Shown: positions 18,210-28,358, numbered from the stretch's first letter. The stretch is DNA of 64,000 bases from Patescibacteria group bacterium (GCA_036278915.1 DASUKB010000001.1:173186-237185), one strand, 5' to 3'. Numbers and translations are program-made. Notes: generated by a model from the sequence alone, not told the origin.

Positions 18210-18238
18210 TAAGTTAAAAGTGAGAAGTCATAAGATTT
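18204..18238 (+). repeat. 7-nt-phased array (AAGTNNN)
   Basis: AAGTAAT AAGTTAA AAGTGAG AAGTCAT AAGATTT, then the frr ATG. Confidence 0.65.
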
Positions 18239-18796
18239 ATGAATTTAAATATCTTGGACCAAAAGCAGGATGAGTTTCAAAAAATTGTTGACCACCTAAA
18301 AGGAGAATTGGCTACTTTGCGCACAGGGCGTGCAAATTCCGCTCTCGTGGAGCAATTGAGCGTGGAGTATTATGGCGCACCCACACCGCTCATCCAGATT
18401 GCTCAAATTTCCGTTCCCGAGCCGCGCGTCATAGCTATACAGCCCTACGATAAATCCGCGCTCAAAGACATAGAAAAGGCCATCCAACAGTCCAACATTG
18501 GCATCCAGCCTGTGAATGATGGCAACTTTGTTCGGCTCAATATCCCTGCCATGACCGAAGAGCGGCGCAAGGAGTTGGTCAAGGTTGTGGGCCAGATGGC
18601 GGAAAAGGCGAGAGTATCGGTGCGCAACGTGCGTGAAGATGTCTGGAAAGAAGTCCAGCGCATGGAAAAAGACGACGAGATTTCCGAAGACGACAAAATC
18701 GCGGCCAAAGAAGAACTGCAGGAAGTTGTAGACCGGTTCAATGAAGAGATCAAAAAAATCACCGAGCTGAAAGAAAAGGAAGTGATGACAATTTAG
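18239..18796 (+). CDS. frr: ribosome recycling factor
   Basis: LRTGRAN, YYGAPTPL, IQPYD and TEERRKELVK motifs. Confidence 0.96.
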   Translation: MNLNILDQKQDEFQKIVDHLKGELATLRTGRANSALVEQLSVEYYGAPTPLIQIAQISVPEPRVIAIQPYDKSALKDIEKAIQQSNIGIQPVNDGNFVRLNIPAMTEERRKELVKVVGQMAEKARVSVRNVREDVWKEVQRMEKDDEISEDDKIAAKEELQEVVDRFNEEIKKITELKEKEVMTI

Positions 18797-18855
18797 GTTG
18801 TAGGTAGTGGGGCGTAGGCGGTAGCCTACAAACTACAACCTGCCAACTATAAACT
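18797..18855. repeat. inverted 7-nt-phased array (4+4 units)
   Basis: GTTGTAG GTAGTGG GGCGTAG GCGGTAG | CCTACAA ACTACAA CCTGCCA ACTATAA. Confidence 0.75.
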
Positions 18856-19971
18856 ATGATATTGCTTACAATTGTAATTTTTGTAATCATTTTGGGCCTC
18901 CTAGTTTTTGTACACGAGCTGGGGCATTTTATAATGGCCCGCCGGGCCGGCATGGCAGTGGAGGAATTCGGATTTGGTTTTCCACCGAGGATTTTTGGCA
19001 TTAAGCGCGGCGAAACAACATATTCTATAAATTGGATTCCGCTGGGCGGCTTTGTAAAAATTTTGGGTGAAAACGGCGAGTCGCAAGATCCTAAAGCTTT
19101 CGGCAGCAAAGGTTTTTGGCCGAGATTCTCCGTGCTTGTGGCGGGAGTGCTTATGAACGCCATCTTTGCCTGGGCGCTTATCGCCATTGCTATGACTTCG
19201 GGTCTGCCCACTATTATCGGCCAGGGCGACACCCTGCCTTCGTATGCCCACGCCCAAGCCGCACAGGTGTCTGTGGTTGAGGTGGAGGACGGCACGCCGG
19301 CCGCCAATGCCGGCATCAAAGTTGGTGACAGCATTTACAAAATCAACGGCCAACAAATTACATCAATTGACCAGGTCCAGGCTCTGACTTCCCAGTCCGC
19401 TGGAGAGTCCACAGAATTTGAACTCAAGCGGGGCAATTCAGATTTTACTAAAACCATCACGCCCAGAGTCAACCCGCCGGAAGGCGAGGGACCACTGGGA
19501 ATTGCTTTGTCATCTGTGGCTAAAGTTTCGTACCCATGGTATCGCTCGCTCTGGCTTTCGGTGATGACTACGGCCGGGCTCATATGGGCCACGCTTTCGG
19601 CGTTTGGTCAGCTCATAGTACAAGCCGTACATCACCAGCCTGTGAGTCAGGCACTTTCTGGGCCGGTGGGTATAGCCGTGCTCACGCACGATGTGGCGCA
19701 ACTTGGGCTTATTTACCTTATCCAGTTTACGGCAGTCCTGTCGATTAATTTGGCAATTATAAACATCGTGCCATTTCCGGCGCTGGACGGCGGGCGCGTC
19801 CTGTTTTTGATCATTGAAAAAATTCGCCGCCGCAAACTAAATCCCAACGCCGAATCCTACGCCAATGCTATCGGCTTTATGCTTCTGATTCTGCTTATGG
19901 TGTTTGTGACTATTAAAGACATCAATCACTACTCGGATTCATTTAAGCATTTGTTCAGCAACTTATTTTGA
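18856..19971 (+). CDS. rseP: RIP metalloprotease RseP (M50 family, PDZ)
   Basis: HELGH, IPLGGFV, AGVLMN, SGPVGI and PFPALDGGR motifs. Confidence 0.93.
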   Translation: MILLTIVIFVIILGLLVFVHELGHFIMARRAGMAVEEFGFGFPPRIFGIKRGETTYSINWIPLGGFVKILGENGESQDPKAFGSKGFWPRFSVLVAGVLMNAIFAWALIAIAMTSGLPTIIGQGDTLPSYAHAQAAQVSVVEVEDGTPAANAGIKVGDSIYKINGQQITSIDQVQALTSQSAGESTEFELKRGNSDFTKTITPRVNPPEGEGPLGIALSSVAKVSYPWYRSLWLSVMTTAGLIWATLSAFGQLIVQAVHHQPVSQALSGPVGIAVLTHDVAQLGLIYLIQFTAVLSINLAIINIVPFPALDGGRVLFLIIEKIRRRKLNPNAESYANAIGFMLLILLMVFVTIKDINHYSDSFKHLFSNLF

Positions 19972-20017
19972 CAGCTCGAAAGACTGGTGGAGAGCCTGTG
20001 GTATAATTGAGGCAATG

Positions 20018-20059
20018 CCCTCACCCCCGGCCCCTCTCCCGGATCGGGAGAGGGGAGTT
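20018..20059 (+). repeat. short REP-like element, family A
   Basis: CCCTCACCCCCGGCCCCTCTCCCGGATCGGGAGAGGGGAGTT, between TATAAT (20002-20007) and proS. Confidence 0.75.
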
Positions 20060-20083
20060 CTAAATTGAAGTGGACCAGAGCAT

Positions 20084-21319
20084 ATGAAGCAATCAGAATT
20101 ATTTGTAAAAACCTTAAGGAACGCACCCAAAGATGAAGAGACTATAAACGCTCAACTTTTGGTGCGCGCAGGTTTTGTAAACAAACTCATGGCTGGCGTA
20201 TATTCATACCTGCCGCTTGGGCTTTTGACGTTGCGAAAAATTAGCGAACTCGTGCGTTGCGAGATGGATTCAATTGGCGGCCAGGAAATCCTTATGCCAG
20301 GATTGCATCCGGCCGAGAACTGGAAGACAACCGGCGGCTGGGACAAAGTAGATGTTTTGTTCAAGATTAAATCCCGCACCGAAAAAGACTATGCACTCGG
20401 GCAAAGCGAAGAAGAGGTCGTGACGCCGCTTGTAATGGGCTATATTGAGACCTACAAGGATCTGCCGCAGGCTGTGTATCAAATTGGCTGGAAGTTCCGC
20501 GATGAACTGCGATCCAAGTCCGGGCTTTTGCGCGGCAGGGAGTTTTTGATGAAAGATATGTACAGCTTCCATGAGAGCCAGGCGGACTTCGATAGGTTTT
20601 ATGAGATTGTCAAAAAGGCGTATCTTCGGATATTTGAAAAGATTGGGCTTGTGGCCAAGGTTACGGAAGCCTCGGGAGGCGCGTTTTCGGAAAAAATTTC
20701 CTATGAATTTATGGTACTCACTGATGCGGGGGAAGATGACATTTTGTATTGCGATGCTTGCGAGTTCTGCGTAAATACCGAAATTGCCAAAGTCGTGGCT
20801 GGCGATGCTTGCCCCAAATGCGGAAAAGGAAAATTATCGCAAGCCAAAGCTTCCGAAGTAGGAAATGTCTTTGATCTCGGCCAAAAATATGGCAAGGATT
20901 TTGACTTGGGTTTCCGGGACCAGGAAAACCAGGTTAAATATCCGATTATGGGATGTTATGGCTTGGGAATTTCAAGGCTTATGGGCGTAATTGTGGAAAA
21001 ATTCCATGACGACCGGGGAATTATCTGGCCTCAAGCAGTGTCGCCTTTTGACTTACACCTTTTAAACATTGCCCAAGATGAAAAAGTTACGGAAAAATTA
21101 TACCAAACTTTACAGTCCGCGGGGTTTTCGGTACTATTAGATCAAAGAGACGTGCGTCCCGGCGAAAAATTTGCCGACAGCGATCTTATAGGCATTCCAT
21201 GGCGGATTTTGGTGTCCGACAAAACGCTTGAAACCGATTCCGTGGAAATCAAACCCAGAAACAGCGATCAAACTTCAATTGTTAAGATAAAGGATCTGCC
21301 CGAGAGCCTAAAAAACTAA
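20084..21319 (+). CDS. proS: proline--tRNA ligase (compact form, no INS editing domain)
   Basis: KFRDELR..GLLRGREF.MKD.YSF, MGCYGLGISR, anticodon-binding domain with GEKFADSDLIG. Confidence 0.93.
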   Translation: MKQSELFVKTLRNAPKDEETINAQLLVRAGFVNKLMAGVYSYLPLGLLTLRKISELVRCEMDSIGGQEILMPGLHPAENWKTTGGWDKVDVLFKIKSRTEKDYALGQSEEEVVTPLVMGYIETYKDLPQAVYQIGWKFRDELRSKSGLLRGREFLMKDMYSFHESQADFDRFYEIVKKAYLRIFEKIGLVAKVTEASGGAFSEKISYEFMVLTDAGEDDILYCDACEFCVNTEIAKVVAGDACPKCGKGKLSQAKASEVGNVFDLGQKYGKDFDLGFRDQENQVKYPIMGCYGLGISRLMGVIVEKFHDDRGIIWPQAVSPFDLHLLNIAQDEKVTEKLYQTLQSAGFSVLLDQRDVRPGEKFADSDLIGIPWRILVSDKTLETDSVEIKPRNSDQTSIVKIKDLPESLKN

Positions 21320-21362
21320 AAACGAAAATCAAAAATCAGTTCCTAAATTAAAGCGACACCAA

Positions 21363-22424
21363 ATGCCACTGTTTGATTTCGTTTACGACAAATTCAGCAA
21401 AGATATAGGAATTGATTTGGGTACAGCCAATACTCTTGTCTATGTTAAAGGCCGCGGTATTGTTGTAAACGAACCGTCCGTGGTGGCCATAAACCAGAAG
21501 ACCAAGCAGATCTTGGCGATTGGAGATGATGCCAAACGCATGGTGGGCAGAACGCCTGCGCATATTGTGGCCCACCGGCCTTTGGTGGATGGTGTGATTT
21601 CTGACTTTGACATTACCGAACAAATGTTGCGCTATTTTATAGAAAAAGTTAGCCAGGCGACATTTGGCTTTTTGTCTCGTCCGCGCGTGGTAGTCGGCAT
21701 CCCTTCCGGAGTCACGGAAGTGGAAAAACGCGCGGTGCAGGATGCTACGCTAAATGCCGGCGCTCGTGCGGCATTTCTTATTGAAGAGCCTATGGCCGCA
21801 GCAATTGGAGCCAGACTTCCGGTTCAGGACCCTCAGGGCTGTTTTATCGTGGATATTGGCGGCGGGACTTCGGAGATTGCAGTCATCTCACTGGGTGGTA
21901 TTGTGGTGTCAAAAAGCATCCGCGTCGCCGGCGATGAGCTGAACGAAAACATTGTCCAATTTGCTCGGGACGAATATAACTTGCTTATCGGCGAGCGCAC
22001 GGCTGAAGACATTAAAATCCGCATTGGTTCGGCTGCGCCGCTCAAAGGTGAAAAGCAAAAAATGGCTATGCGCGGGCGTGATCTTATTTCTGGGTTACCC
22101 AAGGAAATTATGGTCACGGACGACCAGATCCGGCATGCTATTTCGCGTTCGGTCCGCTTGATCGTCAACAACATCAAAACTGCTGTTGAGGAATCTCCGC
22201 CGGAGCTGGTGGCAGACATCATGGACCGAGGCATTACTATTTCCGGCGGAGGCGCGCTCCTGCGGGGACTGGATAAACTTCTGGCACAGGAGACACAAAT
22301 GCCAATTACCGTGGCTGATGATCCGCTGACTGCCGTAGTGCGAGGCTGCGGCGTGATTTTGGAAGATCTAGAGGCGCTCAAAGACGTACTGGTACCCACC
22401 CAATTTGAACCAATTCCAAGATGA
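21363..22424 (+). CDS. mreB: rod shape-determining protein MreB (paralog 2)
   Basis: GIDLGTANT, IEEPMAAAIGA, DIGGGT and SGGGALL motifs; heads mreC-mreD-mrdA. Confidence 0.95.
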   Translation: MPLFDFVYDKFSKDIGIDLGTANTLVYVKGRGIVVNEPSVVAINQKTKQILAIGDDAKRMVGRTPAHIVAHRPLVDGVISDFDITEQMLRYFIEKVSQATFGFLSRPRVVVGIPSGVTEVEKRAVQDATLNAGARAAFLIEEPMAAAIGARLPVQDPQGCFIVDIGGGTSEIAVISLGGIVVSKSIRVAGDELNENIVQFARDEYNLLIGERTAEDIKIRIGSAAPLKGEKQKMAMRGRDLISGLPKEIMVTDDQIRHAISRSVRLIVNNIKTAVEESPPELVADIMDRGITISGGGALLRGLDKLLAQETQMPITVADDPLTAVVRGCGVILEDLEALKDVLVPTQFEPIPR

Positions 22425-22429
22425 AACTA

Positions 22430-22498
22430 AGAGCTGGGAAGTTGGAAGCTGGAAACGAGTTTTTGGCTTCCTAGCTTCTAGCTTCGAAGCTTCCTAGA
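22430..22498. repeat. inverted 7/8-nt-phased array
   Basis: GAGCTGG GAAGTTG GAAGCTG GAA ... CTTCCTA GCTTCTA GCTTCGA AGCTTCC. Confidence 0.65.
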
Positions 22499-22508
22499 TT
22501 CTATTTCT

Positions 22509-23312
22509 ATGAGATTTATCTACACCCGTACATTTACAATCGGCTTCGTTATCTTTGCCCTCGTCGCAGTCATTGCTATTTCCGACGCCAAAGGGTATCT
22601 GGGCCGAGTACGCGACGGATTTGCTCTTGGGTTTGGATTTGTGGAAGAAAAGCTTACCAGCGGCGTCAATTCCGGCAAGAATTTATTTGAAACTTTCTTT
22701 ACAATCCGAAAGCTCGTAAGCGAGAATTCTTCACTTCAGCAGAAAATAAATGAACTGTCGTTTGAAAATGCCAGATTACAGATATCGTCCAGTGAGAACA
22801 CCACGCTTCGTACAGCATTGGACTTTAAGCAAAAAGAAAGCTTAAACCTGGTGCCAGTGGAGGTAGTGGCAGCGGATCCGACTGGGTTCAACCAGGTTGT
22901 AACTATTAACAAAGGCAGTAGCGACAATCTGGCTTTGGGCAACGCCGTGGTGGTCGCGCCAGGACTTTTGGTGGGCAAAATTACGTCCCTTGCGCCGCAT
23001 ACGGCGTCCGTGACGCTTATAACGGATCCGTCTGTGACTGTGGCGGCTAAAGTCCCGGATTCTGGGGCGCAGGGCCTGGTCTCCGGCGAGCATGGACTTG
23101 GGCTGTCGTTCAATCTTGTGAGCCAAAATGAGGTCATCAAAACGCAGGATAATGTCGTCACTTCTGATTTATCCCAGGACTTTCCGGAAGGTTTGCTTAT
23201 TGGACAGATTGACTCCATTAAATCCCAACCCTCGGAATTGTTCCAACAAGCATCTATTTCTCCGGCTGCGGATTTACGCAATTTGAAATTTTTATTTGTG
23301 GTTGAACCCTAA
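22509..23312 (+). CDS. mreC: rod shape-determining protein MreC
   Basis: TM, coiled coil ENSSLQQKI, INKGSSD, GLLVGKI and FPEGLLIG; operon position. Confidence 0.9.
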   Translation: MRFIYTRTFTIGFVIFALVAVIAISDAKGYLGRVRDGFALGFGFVEEKLTSGVNSGKNLFETFFTIRKLVSENSSLQQKINELSFENARLQISSSENTTLRTALDFKQKESLNLVPVEVVAADPTGFNQVVTINKGSSDNLALGNAVVVAPGLLVGKITSLAPHTASVTLITDPSVTVAAKVPDSGAQGLVSGEHGLGLSFNLVSQNEVIKTQDNVVTSDLSQDFPEGLLIGQIDSIKSQPSELFQQASISPAADLRNLKFLFVVEP

Positions 23313-23830
23313 TGCGGTACGGGATTTTTATTTTCATGGTTCTCGGCCTTATGGCAATCCAGGGCGGGATTCTTGCACCGTTCGGATTGAGCCATTTTGG
23401 CAATCTGGCGCTGGTGTTCGTGGTTATGGTACTTACAATTTCGGACCGATCGGAAAATCTTTATTTGGCGCTTATCGCCGGACTGCTCATGGACTTTGCT
23501 TCGGGTTTGCTGCTTGGAACATTTGTGGTCTGCATGCTGGCTGTGTTTGGGTTCACCTATTTGTTCGTAAAACTGTTTATCCAGCGCACAGCCGACAGGA
23601 AACTTGTACTGCTTTCGAGTGTCCTGCTCAATACTATAGTATTGAGTTTATGTTTCTGCGCTTTGGAGCAGCTGGCGGCTCATTTTCATCTGCCGGCAAA
23701 CACTGACTGGCATAATATTTTAGGGCGCAAATTGTTATTGGACTTGGCCGCAAACGCGATCTTAACCTATCCTATCTATTGGCTTTACGTATTTATGGAA
23801 AAATTGCAGTATCGTTTTGAAAGAATATGA
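23312..23830 (+). CDS. mreD: rod shape-determining protein MreD
   Basis: Multi-TM protein with AGLLMDF motif; lies between mreC and mrdA. Confidence 0.8.
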   Translation: MRYGIFIFMVLGLMAIQGGILAPFGLSHFGNLALVFVVMVLTISDRSENLYLALIAGLLMDFASGLLLGTFVVCMLAVFGFTYLFVKLFIQRTADRKLVLLSSVLLNTIVLSLCFCALEQLAAHFHLPANTDWHNILGRKLLLDLAANAILTYPIYWLYVFMEKLQYRFERI

Positions 23831-23850
23831 ACGAATTATAGAGCATCAAC

Positions 23851-25788
23851 ATGAACCCATTTGAAGACAAAAATTATTTAAACAAGAAATTTGATTCAGG
23901 TAAAAACCTGAGTTTCGAGGAAATTTACGCTGACTCCAAAGACGAGGCGCCAAGCATTGAAAGCGAACGCGAAACCATTAACTTCCGCGTGCTGGCCGTG
24001 GTGGCCGCAATCCCGATTTTACTTTTGGCGGGACGATTGTTTTTTCTGCAGTCGGTTCGCGGCGCAGACTTTCGCGCTCAGGCGGAAGGAAATAAACTCC
24101 GCGTTGTGCCCACGTACGCGCCACGCGGACTGATTTTGGATGCAAACGGCAAGACAATTGCCCAGAACATGCCGAATTTTGAGCTGGATGTGATCCCGTC
24201 CGATTTGCCCAGTGACCAACAGGCCTGGGAGACGGAAGTTGGAAAAATTTCTCAAATTTTGAATGTTGACCCGCAGACTATCGACCGGGAAATTTCGCCT
24301 CTGGACCGCGGTTCAACCCAGACCACAAGCATTGTCTCAAGCATTACCCAGGAGCAGGCGCTGGCGCTGATCCCGCAGATTTCAAATTATCAGGGGTTTA
24401 GCGTGGAAGACAACCCCATTCGGGACTATAAAGATGCGCAGGTGTTTGCGCCGGTTGTGGGCTACACCGGCAAAATCACGCAGCAGGAACTTGCCGACCA
24501 CAGCGGGCAGGGGTATTTGTTCAACGATTATATCGGTAAGACCGGACTGGAGCTGCAGTATGAAAATTATTTGCGCGGCGTGTCCGGGCAGAAGCAAACC
24601 GAAATAGATGCCCAGGGCAATGTCGTCAAATCGCTAGCCGACATAGTGCCTAAACCAGGTGACAACATTACGCTCAATATCGACTACGATCTGCAAAAAG
24701 TTATATACGATGACCTAACCAAGACCTTAAACCAATACCACCTTACCCGAGGCGCAGCCGTGGCCACCAATCCCAAAACCGGCCAGGTTCTGGCTTTGGT
24801 TTCAATTCCGTCTTACGACAATAGCCTCTTTGCCAAAGGCATTTCGCAGGAAGATTACAATACACTTCTAAATAATCCCGACCATCCGCTTTTAAATCGC
24901 GCTATTTCCGGTCTGTACCCGCCGGGTTCTACGGTCAAACCAATGATGGCTATTGCCGGATTGACCGAGGGCGTGATTACTCCTCAGACAAAAATTTTGG
25001 ATGATGGAGTCATCCGGGTGGGCAACTTTACTTTTTATGGATACGAGCATTCGGGTTTGGGCATCATGGATGTTTATTCGGCAATTGCTAAATCATCGGA
25101 TATTTATTTCTATACGGTCGGCGGCGGCCGGGCAGGCACAGGCATTTCGGGGCTTGGGCCTGACAAGATCGCGGAATGGTTCCGTAAATTCCATTTGGGA
25201 TCCAAGCTGAATATCGATTTGCCCAACGAACAGGCAGGGTTGGTGCCGGATCCGGCATGGAAACAGCAAACGCGAAACGAGCAGTGGTACCTCGGCGACA
25301 CCTATCATTATTCCATTGGTCAAGGAGATTTGCTCGTCACACCATTGCAGGTTAATTCCTGGACCGCGACTGTTGCCAATGGCGGCACTGTCATGCAGCC
25401 TTACATTCTAAACAAAATTACGGACCAGGACGGGAATGTCGTCAAACAGATGCAGCCGCAGGTTTTGGCCGCCAACCAGTTTGACCCAAACTACATTCAG
25501 GTTGTGCAGCAGGGCATGCGCGACACCACGCTGCCGGGAGGTTCCGCATATTCGCTGCATACGGTAGGCATGTCTATTTCGGGCAAAACCGGCTCGGCCC
25601 AATTTGACGCCTCTCGGCCTGATTTGACGCATGCCTGGTTTACTTCGTATGCGCCGTCAGAGGATCCGCAAATTGCGCTCACGGTATTAGTGGAATCCGC
25701 GGGCGAAGGTGCTATATATTCTGTGCCGATTTCACATGAAATTTATGACTGGTGGGCGGCAAATAGATTGAACAAAAATAATCAATAG
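23851..25788 (+). CDS. mrdA: penicillin-binding protein 2
   Basis: APRGLILD, YPPGSTVK (SxxK), SSD and KTG motifs, HAWF. Confidence 0.92.
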   Translation: MNPFEDKNYLNKKFDSGKNLSFEEIYADSKDEAPSIESERETINFRVLAVVAAIPILLLAGRLFFLQSVRGADFRAQAEGNKLRVVPTYAPRGLILDANGKTIAQNMPNFELDVIPSDLPSDQQAWETEVGKISQILNVDPQTIDREISPLDRGSTQTTSIVSSITQEQALALIPQISNYQGFSVEDNPIRDYKDAQVFAPVVGYTGKITQQELADHSGQGYLFNDYIGKTGLELQYENYLRGVSGQKQTEIDAQGNVVKSLADIVPKPGDNITLNIDYDLQKVIYDDLTKTLNQYHLTRGAAVATNPKTGQVLALVSIPSYDNSLFAKGISQEDYNTLLNNPDHPLLNRAISGLYPPGSTVKPMMAIAGLTEGVITPQTKILDDGVIRVGNFTFYGYEHSGLGIMDVYSAIAKSSDIYFYTVGGGRAGTGISGLGPDKIAEWFRKFHLGSKLNIDLPNEQAGLVPDPAWKQQTRNEQWYLGDTYHYSIGQGDLLVTPLQVNSWTATVANGGTVMQPYILNKITDQDGNVVKQMQPQVLAANQFDPNYIQVVQQGMRDTTLPGGSAYSLHTVGMSISGKTGSAQFDASRPDLTHAWFTSYAPSEDPQIALTVLVESAGEGAIYSVPISHEIYDWWAANRLNKNNQ

Positions 25789-25812
25789 GGGCTCGGGCAG
25801 GAATTTTTTTGC

Positions 25813-25952
25813 CCGAACAACCGCTCGGCCAGCCGCAATGCTGGGAGCGTCAAAATTCGCTATTTATATGTATATAGAAGTGGATGTTGACTCACGCAAA
25901 ATTTTCTGATGAAAATTTTGTGTGTCCGCATTGCGGCTGGCCTCGCTAATAA
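25813..25952. repeat. 140-bp structured element, copy 2
   Basis: Direct copy of 16108-16247. Confidence 0.9.
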
Positions 25953-26041
25953 AAGTTTACGCGTTGTCTTTCAAAAATTCTCGTCCTCGCTCGATTATTT
26001 TTGTAGAAAAGGGGGGAAAGTGGTAGAATAGTTAAAGAAAT

Positions 26042-27331
26042 ATGCCGATTCAGAAACAAAAACAACCAATTGCAGAGCCTAAAAATTACTGGCATATGCT
26101 TGGCCCTGGTCTCACCACTGGCGCGGCCGACGATGATCCGTCCGGAATTGCCACCTATACGCAGACAGGTGCGGCTTTTGGTTACCAATTCCTGTGGCTG
26201 GCGCTTTTGACATTTCCGTTTATGTCCATAATCCAGGAAATGTGCGCGCGCATTGGCATTGTCACGGGCCGTGGGCTGGCAGGAGCAATTCGGCGCAATT
26301 ATTCCACCACAATACTCTTTACCTGGGCCGGATTGCTGTTTGCCGCCAACGCCTTTAATCTTGGCGCGGATTTAGGCATGATGGCACGCGCTTTACAGCT
26401 TTTAGTGCACATTAACTTTGTGGTGGCGCTGCTGGCATTTGCGGCAATCAGTTTGTATCTGCAGATTTTTACAACATACGCGTCATACGCCAAAATTCTC
26501 AAATGGACCGCCTTCGTTCTTTTATCGTATGTGGTTTCGGGATTCATTGTCCATATCGATTGGGCACAGGCAGCGCACGCCCTAGTTTTGCCAAAACTGC
26601 ACTTTAACAAACAGACGTTTATAATCTTGGCTGCGGTGCTCGGAACCACGATTTCGCCGTATTTATTTTTTTGGCAGACTTCCCAGGAAGTTGAGGAGCA
26701 GATTCAGGAAGGAAAGAAAACGATCAAGCAGCGAGAAGCCCAGACGACAGCCGCAGACATCAAAGCCATGCGCGTGGATGTCTGGTCGGGCATGCTTTTA
26801 TCCAACGTCGTTATGTTTTTTATAATCGCAGTCTGCGCGGTTACGCTTTTTTCTCACGGCATCCACGACATAACCGATGCAACTCAGGCCGCCAGCGCGC
26901 TGAAGCCTTTGGCGGGAAATTTTGCATTTCTGCTGTTCAGCCTGGGGATAATCGGGACAGGACTTTTGGGAATTCCAGTTTTGGCTGGATCGTCTTCATA
27001 TGCAATATCGGAAAGTTTTGGCTGGCGGGAAGGCTTATACCGCAAATACAAACAAGCCCATGCATTTTATGGCGTGATCATAATATCGATGCTGGTGGGA
27101 TTGTGTATGAATTTTTTGCACGTCGGGGTTATCAAAATGCTCATTTATTCCGCGGTGCTCAACGGCTTGGTGGCGCCTTTTATATTGGCGATTATCGTGC
27201 ATCTGTCTTCAAACAAAAAAATAATGAAGCAGTGGACAAACCACCCGGCCGTCACCTGGGCGGGGTGGGCTATCACAGTTTTTATGGGATTTGTGGCCGT
27301 GGCCACTGTTTGGTTTCTTCTGGCCCCTTGA
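26042..27331 (+). CDS. NRAMP-family divalent metal transporter
   Basis: LGPGL..AADDDPSG, IQEMCARIG.VTGRGL, LGTTISPY; about 11 TM segments. Confidence 0.88.
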   Translation: MPIQKQKQPIAEPKNYWHMLGPGLTTGAADDDPSGIATYTQTGAAFGYQFLWLALLTFPFMSIIQEMCARIGIVTGRGLAGAIRRNYSTTILFTWAGLLFAANAFNLGADLGMMARALQLLVHINFVVALLAFAAISLYLQIFTTYASYAKILKWTAFVLLSYVVSGFIVHIDWAQAAHALVLPKLHFNKQTFIILAAVLGTTISPYLFFWQTSQEVEEQIQEGKKTIKQREAQTTAADIKAMRVDVWSGMLLSNVVMFFIIAVCAVTLFSHGIHDITDATQAASALKPLAGNFAFLLFSLGIIGTGLLGIPVLAGSSSYAISESFGWREGLYRKYKQAHAFYGVIIISMLVGLCMNFLHVGVIKMLIYSAVLNGLVAPFILAIIVHLSSNKKIMKQWTNHPAVTWAGWAITVFMGFVAVATVWFLLAP

Positions 27332-27335
27332 GGAG

Positions 27336-27364
27336 TTGACAATTTTGCTGATCCCGGTTAAGAT
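27336..27364 (+). promoter_or_regulatory. sigma70-type promoter of greA
   Basis: TTGACA-17 nt-TAAGAT. Confidence 0.65.
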
Positions 27365-27422
27365 TTCCTCGTAAGATTGGCCCCCCGAATTCGGATTAGG
27401 GTCATTTATTAAATCTAAAAAA

Positions 27423-27884
27423 ATGTCAAAACAAGTGTTGCTCACTCAGGAAGGTCTCAAAAAGCTACAAGACGAATTACGGGTGCTTAAAGACGAGCGC
27501 CGCAAAGACGTTATAGAACGTATTCAGGAAGCCGTGGCACACGGCGATTTGTCCGAGAACGCGGACTACGCCCAGGCCAAAGAAGAGCAGGCGTTCATAG
27601 AGGGCCGGATTCAGGAAATAGAAGAGATGGTCAAAAATGCCGAGATCATCGCGCAGAACCGCAATCAGAATTTGGTCAGCATCGGATCCACTGTTACCGT
27701 GGGAGTTGCCGGCAAACAGCTTCAGTACACAATCGTAGGCTCGAACGAAGCCAACCCGGCCGCGGGTAAAATTTCAAACGAATCGCTGGTCGGGCGGGCG
27801 CTTTTGGGCGGCAAAATCGGTGACCGGATTCCGGTGACTACCCCTGCCGGAACCAGTGAATATGAGATCGTAAAAATTGGATAA
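27423..27884 (+). CDS. greA: transcription elongation factor GreA
   Basis: LTQEG, HGDLSENADY and ISNESLVGRALLG motifs. Confidence 0.95.
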   Translation: MSKQVLLTQEGLKKLQDELRVLKDERRKDVIERIQEAVAHGDLSENADYAQAKEEQAFIEGRIQEIEEMVKNAEIIAQNRNQNLVSIGSTVTVGVAGKQLQYTIVGSNEANPAAGKISNESLVGRALLGGKIGDRIPVTTPAGTSEYEIVKIG

Positions 27885-27889
27885 AACTT

Positions 27890-27914
27890 AAACCCGCTGA
27901 CCAGCGGGTTTTTT
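27890..27914 (+). terminator. intrinsic terminator
   Basis: AAACCCGCTG-ac-CAGCGGGTTTTTT. Confidence 0.75.
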
Positions 27915-27965
27915 GCAGGAAAAATAAATCCCTTCTGATTCCTCAGAAGGGATGGACAGCAGAAG

Positions 27966-28358
27966 CTAAAGAGCTGATGCCAGATACTCCGGGTGGGTGT
28001 AATCCAGTCTGAGTTTGAGCCCCTGCGCGTCTTTGCAGAAGCTAAAACTGGCTGAAAAGCCGACTTCGTCGTCCGTGAGATGGTCGGCAATGAACTGTCC
28101 TTTGACAGGTTCGTAAAGGTTTTGTCCGGCATACTTTCGAAACTGCACCGAGATCACCGATCCGCAGTTTGACCATTCGTCGGGGTAAAACAGGATGCTT
28201 TGCTCCGAAAAGTACTCTCCTCGGACAAAGCGAAATGGACAGAAAGATCCGCTGGCGGACAAGGGCTGCCAGTAAGGGAGCTTGGCGAACTTGGTATTGA
28301 GTGCCAGAACTGCCTCGCGAACATCCTGCCGCATATCCTCCGATTCTTTCAGGTGCAT
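27966..28358 (-). CDS. orphan hypothetical protein (130 aa)
   Basis: AAGGAGG SD 5 nt before ATG 28358; fills the greA-lysS gap. Confidence 0.65.
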   Translation of the reverse strand: MHLKESEDMRQDVREAVLALNTKFAKLPYWQPLSASGSFCPFRFVRGEYFSEQSILFYPDEWSNCGSVISVQFRKYAGQNLYEPVKGQFIADHLTDDEVGFSASFSFCKDAQGLKLRLDYTHPEYLASAL

